Positions 27,266-41,989 are shown, counted from the first letter of the stretch. The stretch: DNA of 64,000 nt from Octopus vulgaris (GCA_951406725.2 OX597818.1:56110001-56174000); one strand, 5' to 3'. A program made the numbers and translations. The notes: generated by a model from the sequence alone, not told the origin.

Positions 27266-28480
27266 ATATATATGTATGTGTTTGTCTTTGTATTCATGAC
27301 CCCCTACCCACTCACCATCACCTGACAGCCAGTGTTGGTTTGTTTGCAACCCCATGGCTTGGTAGTTTGGCAGAGGTTGATTTGCTTGACTTAACCTTTC
27401 AAGGTGGTGCCCCAGCATGGCCGCAGCTCAGTGACAGAAACATACAAGCAACCCTCATTTACTCACAGTGGAGATGTGGAGTGGAGACCTCCTTCAGTCA
27501 CGACTGACCGTGGGATTGCACCTAGAAAGTTACCCTCCCAGGCACAACTCCGGGCAAGGTTGTTTTATGGAAGACCAGCAGTTGCCCATGCATACCAGCC
27601 TCTCATCTCCACGCCACCAGTGTTATCCAAGGGAAAAGCAAAGGGGCCGATACAGCTTGGCACTTGTGATGTCGCAACTCATTTCTGCAGCTGAGTGAAC
27701 TGGAGCAACGTGAAATAAAGTGTCTTGCTCAAGAACACAACACGCAGCCTGGTCCGGGATTCGAACTCACAACCTCACGATCGTAAGCTCAATGCTCTAA
27801 CCACTGAGCCATGTGCCTTCGCAGTAAACCATGTATTAACTCACAGTAAACCATGTATTTTTGACATGCATCTGTTTTAGTGTCATCAAACGAAAGTAGT
27901 TTAACATGCCCCCATTGTTAAATGATTTTCAAGTTTTTCCCTCTCTCTCTACTCTTAGAGATTGCGCACATCTGCTGAGGAGTCCAGATGATGTCAGAGT
28001 AAACAGAAGAGGTCGGAATGTAGTGTGGTGTCATCTGGATAAATAAACTCTTCCTCCTCACTTATCTAAATGGCCGGCTAAAGAAGGGTGTGTTATCATT
28101 GTAGAGACCTTTTCTTTAAATTTACATCTTGTTTTGTCTGCCCTACATTACAGCTATAGAGGGGTTTTTTGTTGTTTATTTTTTTTTACAAAACTACAAC
28201 CTAGACATTTTTGATCTTATCTTTATTTTGAAATACTAAAGTCTCAGAAATATTAAGCTTCCCTAACAAAGAACTTATCAAAAAAGATTAAATTTGTACC
28301 CAGTGAAACCGTATTCCCAATAAGCACATAGGGGCTCACACACACACACACACTCCTTAAAATCTTGTATTCAGTAAAATGTCCTCAGCACACACAGATA
28401 TACACACACACATGCATACACAAACACACACTTCTTCAAATCTTGTATTCAATAAAACAATGTCCTCAGCACACTCAGAG

Positions 28481-28529
<49 letters not shown>

Positions 28530-28936
28530 GAATCTTATGTTCAGCAAAACAGCTTACTCAACACAGAAACACACACACATATGCATACACAGACACATGC
28601 ATACACAGACACACATGCATACACACATCCAGATATAGAAACACACACACACACATAATCTTAAAACATTACACTCAGTGAAACAATGTCTCCAAAACAC
28701 ACACACACACAGACACACAGCCCTGCTTCATGCTGAATTCATTAAAACGGTTCTTTAAAGACACTAAAACAAGTATGTTTTTAATGACCTCCCAAGCTTC
28801 ACACAGCACGAAGTACAACTTTGCATAACAAACACTAATCCATTTATTATTCCATTTACCAAGCCAGTCTGTGTCCAACTGTCACACTGCCTTTCGGTCA
28901 AAACCAATCCCAACAGCTCAGACAGTCTTTATAAAA

Positions 28937-29012
28937 ATGACTGGCCTTTTACAATATTCCATTGTTCTATTCTATGCTCCTCTCCTAATAACCTCCCAGC
29001 GTCACAAACAAG
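28937..29012 (+). CDS. Ig-superfamily membrane protein, coding exon 1 (signal peptide MTGLLQYSIVLFYAPLLITSQRHKQ)
   Basis: aaaATG, hydrophobic core, donor caag|GTAAGC in phase 1 joining in frame to 39632 (QRHKQ-VTVELSVLPE). Confidence 0.75.
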
Positions 29013-29377
29013 GTAAGCACTTTCCTATCTCCGCTATTATGTTTCCATCATCTTCTCGTTTCTTTCACTCCTGACCAATTTAGATTATCAATTATCAACG
29101 GCCTCCAACCACACCCTCGTAAAAGGTGTGGTGTATATATAAACTCTTTTAATTGTCTGTTCTTGTATTTGATTAAGGTTGCTTTTAGTAATTTCTTCTT
29201 CGTAAGCCACCTGCTCCTAATTAGTGGTGCCGGGGGGGGGGGGGGATAGAGCTTCCACTGTCTTGGCATTGATTAGAAATGCTGCAATAGAATTATTGCA
29301 AGAGTTTGTTGAACAAAACCAATTGAGATACAGTTTTACTTGGATTTTCATTTAGATGTACCACACTCTCTCAATAT

Positions 29378-29625
29378 AGACATACACACACACACACACA
29401 TATATATAATATATATACATAATACATACATACACACACATACATATATATACACACATACATACACACACACATATATACACATATACACACACATACA
29501 TACATACATACATATACACATACACACAAACACACACATATATACATACATATACACATACATACACACATGCATACACACACACATACATTCATGCATG
29601 CATACATACACACACACACACATAC

Positions 29626-29663
<38 letters not shown>

Positions 29664-29675
29664 CATATTTATACA
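29378..29675. repeat. Compound (CA)/(TA) microsatellite
   Basis: Directly visible. Confidence 0.95.
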
Positions 29676-30647
29676 ATTTCAGCATGGAAGATGTTTGTAA
29701 GCCATTCAAGAACACACAAAAACCATTACTTTCACTTCAACATTTAAACGTCCGTTTTTCATGCTATCATGGGTTGGACGGTTCGACCGGGGTCTGGGAA
29801 GCCAGGAGGCTGCACCAGGCTCCAGTCTGATCTGGCAGTGTTTCTACAGCTGGATGCCCTTCCTAATGCCAACCACTCTGAGAGTGTAGTGGGGGCTTTT
29901 TACATGCGACTGGCACAGGGTCCAGAGGAGGCTGGCAACAGCCATGATCGGTTGGTGCTTTTTATGTGCCACCGGCATGGAGCCAGCCAAGGCGGTCGGT
30001 GCTAGCATCGGCCACATTCGGATGGTGTTTTTTATGTGCCACCAGCATGGGTATCACAACTACAATTTCTATTTGATGTTCATTTTGATGTTTATGTACT
30101 TGACTCAATAGCAGGTCACCCTACGATCCAAGGTTAGCACAGCAGGCCATCCTGTGAGCCATGAACTCACTTCATTTGTCAGATCTTTGCAGTCACAGCA
30201 TATCTCAATGGTCTCGGTCTTTCGTCATTGCCTCTGTGAGGCCCAACAGGCCACCGGCACAGGTATCACAACTACAATATCCATTTGATATTTTGATGTT
30301 GATGTACTTGACACACACACACACATATATATAGGTCAGGTGGAATTTCTTGAAGCAGATTTTCTACACCTAGGTGCCCTTCTTAATGCCCTAACCCTCA
30401 AAATAATATTTTCCTATAGCAAGACAGGTTTTTCAAAGACGACTATAAACAAACAACTTCATTTTTATGATGATGATCGTCATTTAGAACCGGCACAGGA
30501 GCCAGTCTGGTGGCACTGGCAATGACCACGCTCGAATGGTGCTTTTTACGTGCAACCAGCACTGGAGCCAGTCAGGCACCACTAGCATCAACCACACTCG
30601 AATGGTGCTTTTTACATGCCACTGGCACAGGGATCCCCACCTGTCCC

Positions 30648-31902
30648 CTGCCATGTCTTGTTTCATTCCACTAATATTGTTCAGCCATTCAACAGATATC
30701 TCTCTTCAGTACTTTATGACCGAAGCAGCAACAGAACAGGATTAACTTGGCTTAAATTAACAAATTAATCCACCCAAGATTTCTTCATTAATATTTTTTT
30801 TTTCTTCAAATGCATCTTCGTCAAAGGAGTTGCTCCTGCAAAGCAAATTAAATAAAATTTGGGATTTGCAGAGGGTCAAAGTTGGTAACAAAAACAGGAT
30901 AGTAAAAACAAACGGTATGGGCTGTTAAGCCATAACAAGGTGAAGTGGTGAATGCTGGAGAAAGCTTTGACAGGAGACAGACAAAAATGCGTGCTATCCC
31001 GGAAGCTGAACGAGAAGAAAGAAAGAAATTTGAGTTAGGAAAAGAAAGATGGCCGCGAGTCATGTGTGGGCAACGAGAGTCAAGGAGGAAGAGTGAGGGA
31101 GAGAGAAGGACAGTGAAGGAGGGAGGAGAAAAATTAGAGAAAGGATGAGAGAAAAAATGGAGATACAAAGAATATAGAAAGAGGAAGAGAGAGAGAAATA
31201 GAGATAGTGATAGAATTAGTGTTGCATCAGAATTATTAAGACAAAACTTACTTGGAAATGGATGATGCAGAAACTAGTACAACACATCTAAATTTGGGTG
31301 CAGCTCTCTGGCTTGCAAGCTCCTGTCAAACTGCCTGAACGATGGCAGCATGATGATATATATATATATATATATACAGAGTTATTCAAAAAGACTGAAC
31401 CAATTTCATTATGCAGTATTTTAATAAGGGAAAGCAATAGGAATCTCCAGCTAAGTCACAGGTATTTACTCACAATCAACTTTATTTCCTGTCTTACAAG
31501 TGGTCACTACCTGCAACATCAATGTGATAAGAGAATTCTTCCCAGTTGAGTATCAGCATATCAAAAGCAAGTTCATTATGGGACTAAAGAATTATTTTGC
31601 TTTGCTTGAGGCGATTCCAGAAGATATTGACATAGAATGAAAATGGAAAAACTTTGATAAAGCATTCAACTAGACAGCCAAAGAAGTACGCTGTGGATCG
31701 TGATATGCTGATTCGTGTCTGGGAGAAATTCTCTTATTGCATTGATGTTGCCCATGCTGCAGGTGGTGGCCACATTGAACATTTGTAAGATAGAAAATGA
31801 AAGTTGATTGTGAGTAAATACTTGTGACTTAGCTGGAGATTCCTATTGCTTTTCCTTAATAAAATATTGCATAATGAAATTGGTTCACTCTTTTGAATAA
31901 CC

Positions 31903-31954
<52 letters not shown>

Positions 31955-31955
31955 G

Positions 31956-31986
<31 letters not shown>

Positions 31987-32663
31987 GTATATATATATAT
32001 ATATTTATATATGTATATATATGTATATATAGGCTTCTTTCAGTTTCTGTCTATCAATTCCACAAGGCTTTGGTTGATCTGAGGCTATCATAGAAAACAC
32101 TTGCCTAAGGTGCCACATAGTGGGACTGAACCTAGACCCATGTTGTTGGGAAGCAAGCTTCTTACCACACAACCAAGCCTGCGCATATATATATATATAC
32201 ATACATACACACACGGTTAGTCCTTATGACTCTACAAAGAACATGGGGCCAGTTTCCTGTTTTCTCCAGAATATATATTCCTCCTTGGACAGGATTTCAG
32301 TTCATAGCAAGATTACCCACTTTTATTAGAGCTTTGTGAAATAAAGTGTTTTGTTATAGAAAATAATGCATCACCCACTCCAGGAATTGAAACCACAATC
32401 TTACAATCATAAGTATAATATATATGCATCCATACACACATATACATATATATGCACATATGCAGGCATAGCACACAGACACATATATTCTAAGCATATT
32501 TGTATGTATGTATATACATGTGTATACATACATGCATTTTTGTCTGTATTGTATATGAACACACACACACACACACACTGCCATCATTCTATGCATGCTT
32601 TTTCATGCTAGCATGGGTCAGATGGGTCAACATGGGAAAGCAGCTATATGTTGGTGGTGGTGT

Positions 32664-32720
<57 letters not shown>

Positions 32721-33249
32721 GTCTGTGTATGTGCATGTATGTATATGAATGTATGTGGGTATGTATGTAGTGATTGGAGTTTATTTTATATAAATATTGT
32801 ATTTCAACGAATATATATAAGTAAAGCTATGTCTTCAATAATACGACACCGTATCAGATGTCTTGTGTTTTAAAAGATAACGAAAGTGAAAGGTATTAAC
32901 TGACACCACATGACAGGTTTGAAGTATGATTGAGATAAGACTTGTTGAAGCAAAATATTTCATACGCCCACCCACACCAATCTATTACTTTCATCATCAG
33001 TTGACACATAACTGAGAGATTGATGGGGTGGACCTTCAGTTTTAAAAAAGCTCCACCCAAAATTTAGATGGGTTCTACTAGTTTCTACATCATTTATGGT
33101 ATGTTGAGTAAAGTGGTGTTTTAGTTAAACTGAATAATGTACCACCAGTCCTACCCCACTCCATCCCACCCCTCTCTCTCCCCCTCCACATCATCTACTT
33201 AACTTTGCACCTTATTACCCAGTTATCCCCCACCACCACTACACATAAG

Positions 33250-33298
<49 letters not shown>

Positions 33299-34373
33299 AA
33301 TTTCAGAATGATCTTCATTTCTGTTCCCTTTTCACTAACTTTCTTTTCACATTTTCACAAACCTACCAATCCAGCCAGCCAGCCCTTTTCAATTCTCTAC
33401 CCCTATTATCTCTCTATCCTCTTTCTTGTACCTTTAGGGTAAGCCCTGACATCTCGCCTTCACCATCCTTTCTCCCTCTTCCTGTTGGAGTACCCATGTA
33501 CCTCCTCTAGAGCAACATGTGTCCCTGTCCCCTCCATCATCCTTTAACCTCTCTACACCTGGCATAAAACCACCACCCTTAATACAGAACCTCCACTCGG
33601 TCAAAAAGTCTCGTCTTGCAAGGTACCTGGTGACCCCACTAAATGTTGGTACCATGAAAGAAACACCTTGGACATTCTGTAAAGGGGTTGGCATTTGGAA
33701 GGGCATCGAACCATTAGAGACTTTATAAAAAGCAGACATTGGAGACCAGCACTTAGGCTAGCTGGATCCCCTGGAACCATCGGAATATGAACTCCAAACA
33801 TGACCCATACACCTCAGCAATGAACAATGACTATGGCTACAGCATCAGCACTATCCAAGGGGCTTGCTCTTCCAGTGGGGCATTTGTCAAATCTGCAAAC
33901 TGGATTTCTGGTGATAAGATAAACATCCAGGGGTTGGAATAATAATTCTAAAAGTAGAAGACTGGAGCCAGAAATAGTCCCCTGATCCACTGGATTCTAT
34001 AGACCTATCAGACCCATGCTAACACGGAGAGCTGATACAAAATGATGATGATGATAAATGTACAGAAATCTCATAAATCAATATTTTTCCAACCATGCCA
34101 TTCCTGACTGTTCTTATAATTAAAATAGTATTAGCAATTCACCAATGTTGGTTATTTATTTATTTCCTTCTCATTAAGTTAATTAGTGTTTTTTTTTAAT
34201 TTTTGTTATTTTTAAAAAAAATTATTAATGAAGAAATCTTGGGTGGATTAATTTGTCAATTTAAGCCGAGTTAATCCTGTTCTGTTGCTGCTTCAGTCAT
34301 AAAGTACAGAAGAGAGATATCTGTTGAATGGCTGAGCAGTATTAGTGGAACGAAACAACAAGACATATGGCAG
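30648..34373. repeat. Inverted duplication of a ~150-bp non-SINE segment (30648-30793 and 34223-34373)
   Basis: cagccattcaacagatatctctcttc...cacccaagatttcttcattaata is the reverse complement of 34223-34373, with about 7 substitutions and 2 small indels. Confidence 0.9.
31377..31905 (+). mobile_element. Internally deleted Tc1/mariner-superfamily element with ~105-bp TIRs
   Basis: TIRs 31377-31482 / 31801-31905 inside TA tracts; transposase-like C-terminal remnant VDRDMLIRVWEKFSYCIDVAHAAGGGHIEHL* at ~31693-31788. Confidence 0.85.
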
Positions 34374-34728
34374 AAGTATTACATTGCCTGCTGGAACATT
34401 AGGAGGTGAATGTCAGATGTGGTCTGCATTCATGGGGGACATGGTGAACTCGTTGGTCAGAGCTGGCTCGACCCACTCTGGATGAATGCCACTGCTAATA
34501 CAAAAAGTATGGAACCATCTAATCCAAGATATTAAATGACAATGATGATGAGGATATCTTCTGGAATTCCATCATTTCTCATGTCTTCACAACAAGTGTA
34601 GACATTCATAATTTTCAGATCAAATGTTGATTTCTTCCTACCCCTCATCAAATCATCTCTAAAACCTTCCTCACCCCCACCTGTATGGGCAGACTCTGAT
34701 CCATATGAGATAGTATTCCAAACCACTA

Positions 34729-34851
34729 TGGTGCACCTGAGCAGTTGTGGTGCACCCGAGCAGTTGTGGTGCACCTGAGCAGTTGTGGTGCACCTGAGCA
34801 GTTGTGGTGCACCCGAGCAGTTGTGGTGCACCTGAGCACTATATAATAATT

Positions 34852-34887
<36 letters not shown>
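34729..34887 (+). repeat. CR1-type LINE 3'UTR tip with a 20-bp tandem repeat (gcagttgtggtgcacctga x5) and (ATT)n tail
   Basis: Matches the LINE end at 61215-61245 (ttgtggtgcacctgagcactgtatacaataatttc). Confidence 0.75.
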
Positions 34888-35057
34888 GAAAAAAACACAA
34901 ATCCACTAACTTCATCCCTCAATGAGGATTTTACGGCCAATAAAAGAAAGAAATGAAGAGTCAATGTAGGAGGATGGGCGTGTTTGCTTGACCTGCTAGA
35001 AATAACAGATAGAATTTCCCTCAAATCACACAATACCATCTTAAAAACAGAAAGATA

Positions 35058-35660
35058 TATTTATTTCTTTATTGCCCACAAGGGACTACCCACAGAGGGG
35101 ACAAAGAAGGACAGAGGGATTAAGTCGATTACATCGATTCCAGTGCATAACTGGTACTTATTTAATCAACCCCAAAAGGATGAAAGGCAAAGTCGACCTC
35201 GGCGGAATTTGAACTCAGAACATAACGGCAAATGAAATACCTATTTCTGTATTACCCACAAGGGGCTAAACACAGAGGGGACAAAGAAGGACAGACAAAT
35301 GGATTAAGTCGATTACACCGATGCCAGTGCGTAACTGGCACTTAATTTATCGACCCTGAAAGGATGAAAGGTAAAGTCGACCTCAGCAGAAGTTGAACTC
35401 AGAACTTAATGGCAAATGAAATACCTATTTCTTTACTACCCACAAGGGGCTACACACAGAGGGGACAAACAAGGACACACAAACAGATTAAGTCGATTAC
35501 ATCAACCCCAGTGTGTAACTGGTACTTAATTTATCGACCCTGAAAGGATGAAAGACAAAGTTGACCTTGGTGGAATTTGAACTCAGAACGTAAAGGCAGA
35601 CGAAAGACCGCTAAGCATTTCGCCCAGTGCACTAACAATTCTCCCAGCTCACTGCCCTAA
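35058..35660 (-). mobile_element. SINE family C, head-to-tail trimer
   Basis: Three ~185-bp units (cccacaagggg...gaactcagaac); only the last carries the 5' head. Confidence 0.88.
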
Positions 35661-35934
35661 AATGGAAAGATATACTGACTGAAAATAGGACACACCTACA
35701 CCCTCAACACACACAACAGGCTTCTTTCTGTTTCTGCCTACCAAATTCACTCTGGTTGGTTGTGATCTATAACTTCAGTAGAAGACATTTTCCCATGGTA
35801 CCACACAGTGGGGATGAAACCAGGACGATATGGTTGGCAAGCAAGCTTCTCTACCACACAGTCACACCCGCACGCCCCCTCTCCCTCTCTTTATCTATAT
35901 TATTATTATTATTACTATTATTCTTTATATCATA

Positions 35935-36338
35935 CTAGCAGTATCGCCCGGCGTTGCTCGGGTTTGTAAGGGAAATAACTATATAAGCATTTTTAGAGAG
36001 TTATAGCCAAAAAATAGCAAAAAAATGCATTAAAAATGGAAAAAAAAATGATGGTAAATTTTTTTTTAAATCGTTGACTCATCGTAGACATTTTTAGAGA
36101 GTTACTTCCCTTATTTAATAGCGAAAAAAATGCATTAAAATGGAAAAAAATGATGGTAAATTATTTTTAAAATCGTAGACTCATCGTAGACGCGCGCTAA
36201 TACCCAGAAGGGCTCGATATGAATCACGACTATAAGATACCCGGTTTTGGTTAAACTGCACCGCAAAATGTGGGAGTAGTTAGGAATCTAAATCGTAGGA
36301 GACAGACACTCACACAACTTCACTTTTATATATAAAGA
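35935..36338 (-). mobile_element. Non-autonomous Helitron, single copy
   Basis: Near identical to 5274-5667; TC...hairpin...CTAG, A|T insertion. Confidence 0.88.
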
Positions 36339-36819
36339 TTATAGTCTCCTAACAGCCAATTAATGTTACCAAATGGGTTTTTGGCTGATAACCTTCCAGA
36401 ATTGGGAAGATAAAATAGGCAATCATTAGATATGGCTGAATGGAAAAGTATGGCTTGGACTCTTTGCTGCTGGGCTCCTGAAAATATCACATCTGGTTTA
36501 TTATGGTTCTCAGAATTGTAAAAGAATCAGAATGAAATTCACGGATGAACGAACACAGCCAAAAGAAACAGATTAACAGCACAAACAGAACACAATTGAT
36601 CCTTAGGGCTACCACAGTTATGTCCCTTGTATTGGTGCTTTGTTTTTGTTTTTTTTTGTTTTGTAGCCAGTGAGCTCCATGAAATTGTTTGGTAACATTA
36701 ATCAGCTGTTATGGGGTTATAACATCTTATAAATGAAGATAATCTTACATCACCTAACGTATCAGCATCTGATTTTACTCCCTCATGAAAAGTTCATGGT
36801 CAACTTTCTCTCATATATA

Positions 36820-37066
36820 TATATAATTAATAATATCAGGTTAATAAAGATTTTAGGAATTTTTACTACCTGTGGCCTAGTGTGTAGAAAAATAATATAT
36901 AGTCAATAGACTATATATTATTCATATAAATACAGTGTACATTTAAACACATAAGGGGTATCCTTAATAGGATTCCTTTCACGCTAGAAGGAGTAGCTAA
37001 AGTTCAAACAACTATTACGGAGTAAAAATTTCTAAAATCTTAATTACCCTGATATTATTAATTATA
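36820..37066. repeat. ~47-bp imperfect inverted repeat next to a TA tract
   Basis: tataattaataatatcagg...ttttaggaatttttact mirrored by agtaaaaatttctaaaatc...cctgatattattaattata. Confidence 0.65.
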
Positions 37067-39631
37067 ATTTTTTCTGAAGAATTGTTTGAAGAAATGCTGG
37101 TATTTTTTGTGCTGCTGACAAAAAACTGCGCCTGCACGGTGGATTTGAAAAATTATAATGTATAAGCAAGAGACACATGCTGGATTTGCCTCGTACTTAT
37201 ATGTTTAATCTAGGCGAACCTGTTGATGAAGACTTCGCCTAGCAAATTATTTTATTTGCTAAAAAAAAATCAGAAACCATGGTCCAGGAAATAGATGGTA
37301 AATGTTTTTATTTTTCATTCTCTTCGAGTTTTTATCCCTAATAGTGGTTTGGACTTTAGCTGTTCCTTCTAGCATGAAAGGAATCCTATGAAGGATACCT
37401 CTTATGTGTTTGAATGTACAGTTGGCATTAGGAAGGGCATCCAGCTGTAGAAACACTGCCAGATCAGACTGGAGCCTGGTGCAGCCTTCTGGCTTCCCAG
37501 ATCCCCGGTCGAACCGTCCAACCCATGCTAGCATGGAGAACGGGCGTTAACCGATGATGATGATGATGTATATTAGTTAATTTCAATCGAGTTTGTTTTG
37601 TTTTGGAGAGAACAGAATATAAAAGCTTTCACTTTTATACTAATAACCATGGAAGACTAGTGGGAATATTATCTGCATGGACTTCAAGGGCTAGGTTGAT
37701 ATTTGGTTAGATGATTTAGGAATTAGGTATAGGTTTACTTACAGAATTATTAATTTACCGATACTGTTTTGTACTTAGGGTTAATGTGGTTTCTTTGTTG
37801 TAGTTTAATCATTAATGTTAGTGTAAACACTAACATTAATAATCTTTCCTAGAATTAAGATTGAATGAACGTGGTGATATCTGAGGTATGTTTGTTCCTA
37901 AACACTTATTTTAGTGCTGTTGACACTGCCAGATTGAATGGTACTGCCAAAGTGTCGAAACCATAGTGACATCTGTAGGGCAGCTGATGATGGGGGTATG
38001 TTGGATTGTTGATATAGCTGTTATTGTATGTGTGGAATAGTTTTATAAGACATCCATTTGATATATAAAACTGCAACATACTTGTACTTTGCTTGTCTTT
38101 GGGATTCTTAGTATTACTAAGAAGAGTTGCTGTGGTATTATGCAAGCTGTACTTGACTTAAAACCATGGTGGTGGAGCCAAAGCAGACAATAGAATCTGT
38201 CAGAGCTCTCTGGCTTGTCTGTTCTTGTTGAACCATCCAACCCATGCCAGCATGGAAAAGGGGATGTTAAATGATGATTGGTGTGTGTGTGTGGTGTGTG
38301 ATTATTTTAGCATTTACTTTTCCATGCTTGCAGGGATCAGATGGGATTAACTGAGGCAGATTTTCTGCAACTGGAGGCCCATTCCGTTTTCATAAGACAT
38401 TGGAAATGAAGGGATCCTCATTTACAACTAAATGCAATATCAGGACAAATGAGAAAACAAAAAAAAACAGAACACATGCGTTAAATCCATCCATCCATAC
38501 TCACACACAAACACAACAGGATATGTGACAGGTTTTGTGACAAGACATAACATGTGGCACTAAGTGAATATGAAGCAAAGTTATAGCTAGGATAAAGCTG
38601 AAGACTAAGAAATGGATGTATCATGTCATAACATTCACTTTTCCAGGCTTGCATGGGGCAGACAGAGTTTATTGAGGCAAATGTTCTATGGCTGGATGCC
38701 TTTCCTGTTGCTAACACTTGTTTTCAAGGGAGGTAATATTTCCCAATGGCCAGACATGTTTCTGTAGATGCTGGTTGTTAGTGAAAAACAACATTCGAGC
38801 GAGGGCGTTGCCAGTGCTGCTGGACTGGCTCCTGTGCAGGTGGCATGTAAAAACACCATTTGAGCATGGCCGTTGCCAGTACCGCCTGACTGGCCCTTGT
38901 GCCAGGGCATGTAGAAGTACCCACTACACTCTCGGAGTGGTTGGCATTATGAAGGGCATCCAACTGTAGAAACCTTGCCAGATCAGATTGGACCCTGGTG
39001 CAGCCATCTGGCTCACCAGTCCCCAGTCAAACCGTCAAACCCATGCCAGCATGGAAAACGGATGGTGACACTTGCTTACAACCATCAGACAATGTTTAGA
39101 CAAGAAGACACAAAAATACATTCACTCCACTACATGTGTGCATGTTGTGGCAGACACCCTAAGGAGAGAAGTGGACTGGCCTATTTCTGATAAATATTGG
39201 ACAGACTCAGTAAGAAGGGTCAGTCAGTGAAGTACACTGTTCGGGCCAGTCACACAGACAACGAAGTTACATCATCATAAAGTGGAACATATCAACACAC
39301 ATATACAATGAGCTTCTTTCAGTTTCCATCTAGCAAAACCACTCAAAGGGCTTTGGTTGTCTCAAAGCAATAGCAGAAAACACTTGCCCTAGTGTGGGAC
39401 TGAACCCCAAACTATCAAGTTGGGAAGCAACCTTTTTGACCATAACCATTCCTGTAAGGAAATTTAATGTCATGGATGAACTTAGAATTAACACTAACAG
39501 AGAATTGGTCTGGAGAAATAATTACAGAACTTCTCATAGCATTTCTTTCACCAATATTTTCTAATCTTCAATCCTTTTTAAAAACAATATTGTTGCACAA
39601 GAAATAAATGTTACAATTCGTTTTGTTTTAG

Positions 39632-39994
39632 TTACAGTGGAACTTTCTGTTCTGCCCGAGAAACCCGTCATTGGTGAAGACACATTGACGGTTCGCTGCC
39701 AAGGTTTGGTCAATTCTTTCCCAGACAACATCAACATTTACAGCATCTTATTCTTTGCTGCCAATGCTAAAAACGGTGAACGGACTCTTTTGGTGAACAT
39801 TGAGAAGAACCGAACCACATGGCTTGACCAACAGCTTCAACATCATGCGGAAATATCCCGTCCGAGTGATGACAACACAGTTGTTGAGTTACTAATGGCA
39901 CCAGCTCGATGTTCTGACCAGAGAGTTTATTCATGTTCTATGCAGACGTCTTATGGAACTTTTCAGTCACAGACAGAAAATACTATTTTGGAAG
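39632..39994 (+). CDS. Ig protein exon 2: N-terminal V-like Ig domain
   Basis: Acceptor ttttgttttag (in-frame alternative 6 nt later), TLTVRC...DQRVYSC (D-x-x-x-Y-x-C), donor gaag|GTAAGA, phase 1-1. Confidence 0.92.
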
Positions 39995-40535
39995 GTAAGA
40001 ACAACAATATTGAATTTAAAAAAATAAAATTAGCTTTGCACTATCTGCAGACCTCTTTGATCCCTATTTTCCTCAGGTGCATGGAACCCCCATAGCAATT
40101 TCATGTTTAAAAAGAAAAAATCCCATTATATTTTTAGAATTAAGGTAAGAAACTTGCTTCCCAACCAGATGGTTGTGGGTTCAATCCCACTGCATGGCAC
40201 CATGAGCAAGTGATTTCAACTATAGCCTCAGGCTGACCAAAGCCTTGTAAGTGGATTTGGTAGACAGAAACTGAAAGAAGGCCATCATATATATTATATA
40301 CTAGCTGGCCCCGTACTGTCAAAAATGATGGCAAATTGTATTTTATATATAAATATGGATGGTAAATCAAATTAATACACTTCTCAATATTATCTAGAGG
40401 TTTTCTTTTGAACACTAGGGTCAATGTAATCAATTTATCCCCTCCCCCCAAATTGCTGTCCTTGTGCCAAAATTTGAAATCAATCTACATCTTGACATAA
40501 ATGATTAATCAATTATTTTTCTGTGATTATTTCAG

Positions 40536-40880
40536 CCAAACCGTTCATAGAATCTTTGAATATTTATTCTGATGCATTTCACTCAGAATGGACCGTTTGG
40601 CAAAACACAGAAATTTCTCTGACATGTTCTGGTAAACTGGGGAAACCAAATGGTCGATTCCGATGGTCATTCTACCGCCAAACCATCGACGTGTTCCAAG
40701 AATATTTTGGTAAACAGATTGATAGCATTGCAGAGGAGACGGACAACTGCCAGGTGTCAGGATCAAGTGTCATCGTATACAAGACAAATGCCTGGGACCT
40801 TGGTTTGATGTTCCGCTGTGAGATTGTTAGTCCGATGGCAGACAAAGAAATCAACTTGGCTCAAAGAATAGAAGTGTTAG
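40536..40880 (+). CDS. Ig protein exon 3: C2-like Ig domain
   Basis: Acceptor ttatttcag, ISLTCSGKLGKPNGRFRW...DLGLMFRCEI, donor ttag|GTAAGT, phase 1-1. Confidence 0.92.
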
Positions 40881-41989
40881 GTAAGTAGTGGAAAAACTTG
40901 TTCAAATCAACCGAAATTTCAGTTACAAAATGGTCTGGGGCTCTTTATATTGTCTTCTTTTAAAGAACAAACAAAATTGTATAATTAGTCACACAGTTCT
41001 AGCATTTAATTGGTTTATGATAATTAACGTCTCTTACTTATAATATCTTCCCCCTCAGATAGCAGAGAAGCCTCTACATAGTCACTTGCTCTGCTAGAAA
41101 TAACAGCCAAATGGCTCCGAAGTCATAGCTTGCCATTTTAAAGCATGAAAATATTTTGACTAATATGGTCCTAGATGCAGTGACTAAAAAAAATGAAGAG
41201 ATGGTCCTGGCTGGAAAGTCTCTAATTAGGACTGACCTTAGCCCTTTAGCATTTAAAATGGCCATATCCAGCCAAAATATTCTGCCTACTTTGTGTTGAA
41301 ACTGGCCATATCTGGCCCCTTGTACCTGCCCTACAATGTTTAGATGCAGGGACCAGATTAAAACTAATCAATGTCCTGAGCACAGCCCCTCGTTTGACCC
41401 TGCCAATGTTTAGATGACATTAGGACGTAAGTACTGAGTGTGAAATACTAGGTTAAAAACACAATCTTCTTGCAAATCATTTCCCAAAGCACTCTATATA
41501 ACTGTTTCGTAATCTACTTTTTATTTTATTTAATACTAATTAGCAGTAAACATCATCATCGTCATCATCTTTCAACATCCAAGTTCCATGCTGTCATGGA
41601 TTGGATGACTTTACAGCATTCAACAGATCCAAGGATTGCATCATACTACAATATCTGTTTTTGGAATGGTTTCTGTGGTTAGATGCCCTTCCTAATGCCA
41701 ACCACTTCAGAGGCTGTGCTGGGTGCTTTTTACATGGCATCAGTATTAAAGAGGTTACCATGCATCCCACAAGACTAAGAACCTCTTTGACAGAGTGGGG
41801 TTAAAGTAGAGAAGGAGGCAGTTTTATGCTGTTGGAGGAGAGGTTAAATATGAAGGGTTCAGAACAAGTTTTATGTGGTAAAGGAGTTACATGGTTGCTC
41901 ACATTATAGAAGAGTGGATGGGAGTAACCAGGGTAGAGTTGGAAAGAGAAAGGAGTTTGTAGTGATGAGGTGCCAAGGTGAACCCTCAG

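Noticed and set aside
37853-37885. 33-nt exon-like segment (ctttcctag ... gag|GTATGT) in intron 1 of the Ig gene
   Set aside because: In the phase needed for this gene it contains a stop; at most a poison or non-coding exon, unsupported.
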